Of a stretch of DNA of 64,000 nt, positions 63,097-64,000 are shown one piece after another. The DNA is taken from assembly GCF_000143415.4 (NCBI RefSeq), contig NW_003314316.1, positions 322,120 to 386,119 on the forward strand, read 5' to 3'. This stretch comes from Selaginella moellendorffii. Lineage: Eukaryota > Plantae > Lycopodiophyta. A program made the position numbers and the translations under genes. The notes under the pieces were generated by a model. It worked only from the letters and a program-made list of their open reading frames with translations, was not told the DNA's origin and searched no databases. Position 1 is the stretch's first letter, and every line of letters begins with the position of its first letter.

Positions 63097-63144
63097 GTAA
63101 AAATGCATGTATTCTTGTAAATTGATCTTGAGTTCCTTAAACAG
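63097..63144 (+). other. 48-nt GT-AG intron-like insert in the integrase C-terminus
   Basis: AAG|GTAAAA...TTAAACAG|G. Removal restores KLTQRFTGPY; retention gives an immediate TAA. Confidence 0.8.
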
Positions 63145-63605
63145 GTTCACGGGGCCATACGAGATTGAGGCTCGAATCGGTAAAGTGGCTTACCATTTTC
63201 GACTTCCTCGAGAGATGGGGAAGATGAATCCTGTGTTCCACGTGAACTTACTCAAGACGTATTTTGAGGATTCGCTTCGCAAGGACCAAGTAAGACTTTT
63301 ACCTTAGGTTATCCAAGGGGAAGAGGAATACGAAGTCGAAGCCATCCTTAATGCGCGCAAGAGCAAGCGACAAGAATGCGAGGAGAGAGAGTTCCATGTG
63401 AAGTGGAAAGGATTTCCACACTGCGAAGCAACATAGGAACCGGAGGCGAACTTAGCGAATGCGCGAGATCTAGTGGAGGAATTTCTGCAAGACAGAACTC
63501 TATGTACTTATGCAAAGTTCAATTAAAAGTATCAATTTGAGAAGTTGAGCATTGGCATATGTTGGGACCCGAAGGCGCGCCGAAGGTAAGCTAATTAGCA
63601 TGGGT

Positions 63606-63739
63606 TAGCTAAGTCGACCAGACGTAGGGGAACTACGCCCGACTCCTTGCAGGGATGTCAAATCCGTAGACATATTCTACGAAGGTTGGGTTCGAGTCCC
63701 AACCCCCTAGTAAAGCAAGGCTGGGTTCAAGTCCCGACC
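63606..63739 (+). promoter_or_regulatory. tRNA-type (type 2) Pol III promoter-like module: one A box and two B-box/T-arm hairpins
   Basis: TAGCTAAGTCG at 63606-63616, GGTTGGG-TTCGAGT-CCCAACC at 63684-63704, GGCTGGG-TTCAAGT-CCCGACC at 63719-63739. Confidence 0.5.
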
Positions 63740-63810
63740 CTATACTAGGGCATGGTGAGGAGAGGAGTATAGGGACACCTATATTCCGTTGTCATGGGCT
63801 CGTGGCCAGG

Positions 63811-63992
63811 TGTAAGCAACCAAAGGGAACGACTCGAGAGACGATCCATGGGGTTCAAATATAGAGGGAAAGGGCCCATGAATAAGAGTGCACCCCCTTT
63901 TTCAATCGGTTAAGGGTTTTGGGATACTTGGGGTTAAGCGTCCTTGGGTTTGAATAGTACTGGGTTGGGTGACCTCCTGGGAAGTCCAAACT
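63811..63992 (+). mobile_element. LTR-like unit beginning TGTAAGC with a 5S rRNA-derived internal control region (63933-63987), copy 2; may continue past the window edge
   Basis: GTTAAGCGTCCTTGGGTTTGAATAGTACTGGGTTGGGTGACCTCCTGGGAAGTCC matches the 5S rRNA box A-IE-box C region. About 93% identical to 5568-5749. Confidence 0.85.
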
Positions 63993-64000
63993 CAGGAGCT

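Larger units (their letters stand above)
60450..63500 (+). mobile_element. Chromovirus-type Ty3/gypsy element: 5' LTR end, Met-type PBS, gag start, internal deletion, RT-RH-INT-chromodomain; multiple nonsense codons
   Basis: ...GCTTACA (60607), then TGGTATTGGAGCC (60611-60623). [48 protein letters not shown], chromodomain EYEVEAIL...VKWKGF...T*EPE.NL (~63325-63480). Left boundary approximate. Confidence 0.92.

Overview
Eukaryotic plant genomic DNA. The very short (~45-75 nt) introns, tight gene packing and gene content suggest a lycophyte such as Selaginella (inference, not verified). Layout: (1) 1-8,000: TE graveyard with a decayed gypsy gag-PR fragment, a decayed LINE and a 5S-rRNA-bearing LTR-like unit. 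(2) 10.5-27 kb: dense gene island with three Ole e 1-family genes, an LRR/RNI-like gene, ETO1/EOL, APE1, a DUF616 pseudogene, THO3/TEX1 and UBA1. (3) 29-58 kb: two GH20 beta-hexosaminidase and three GT23/FUT8-like loci, mostly lesioned, interleaved with a decayed gypsy holding a solo LTR, a Haspin pseudogene hit by a full-length LTR element and a hAT element, an HDA14 fragment, and a spliceable 4-exon 'membrane-only' HMA/P1B-ATPase derivative. (4) 58-64 kb: a second gypsy fragment, then a chromovirus whose integrase carries two GT-AG intron-like inserts, followed by tRNA-like and 5S-derived Pol III promoter modules. Best leads: the intron-containing chromovirus integrase, the 5S-derived (Cassandra-like) LTR module apparently tied to a coding chromovirus family, the pump-dead HMA, and the repeated hexosaminidase + fucosyltransferase pairing. 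All homology calls come from motif recognition by eye; no searches were run.
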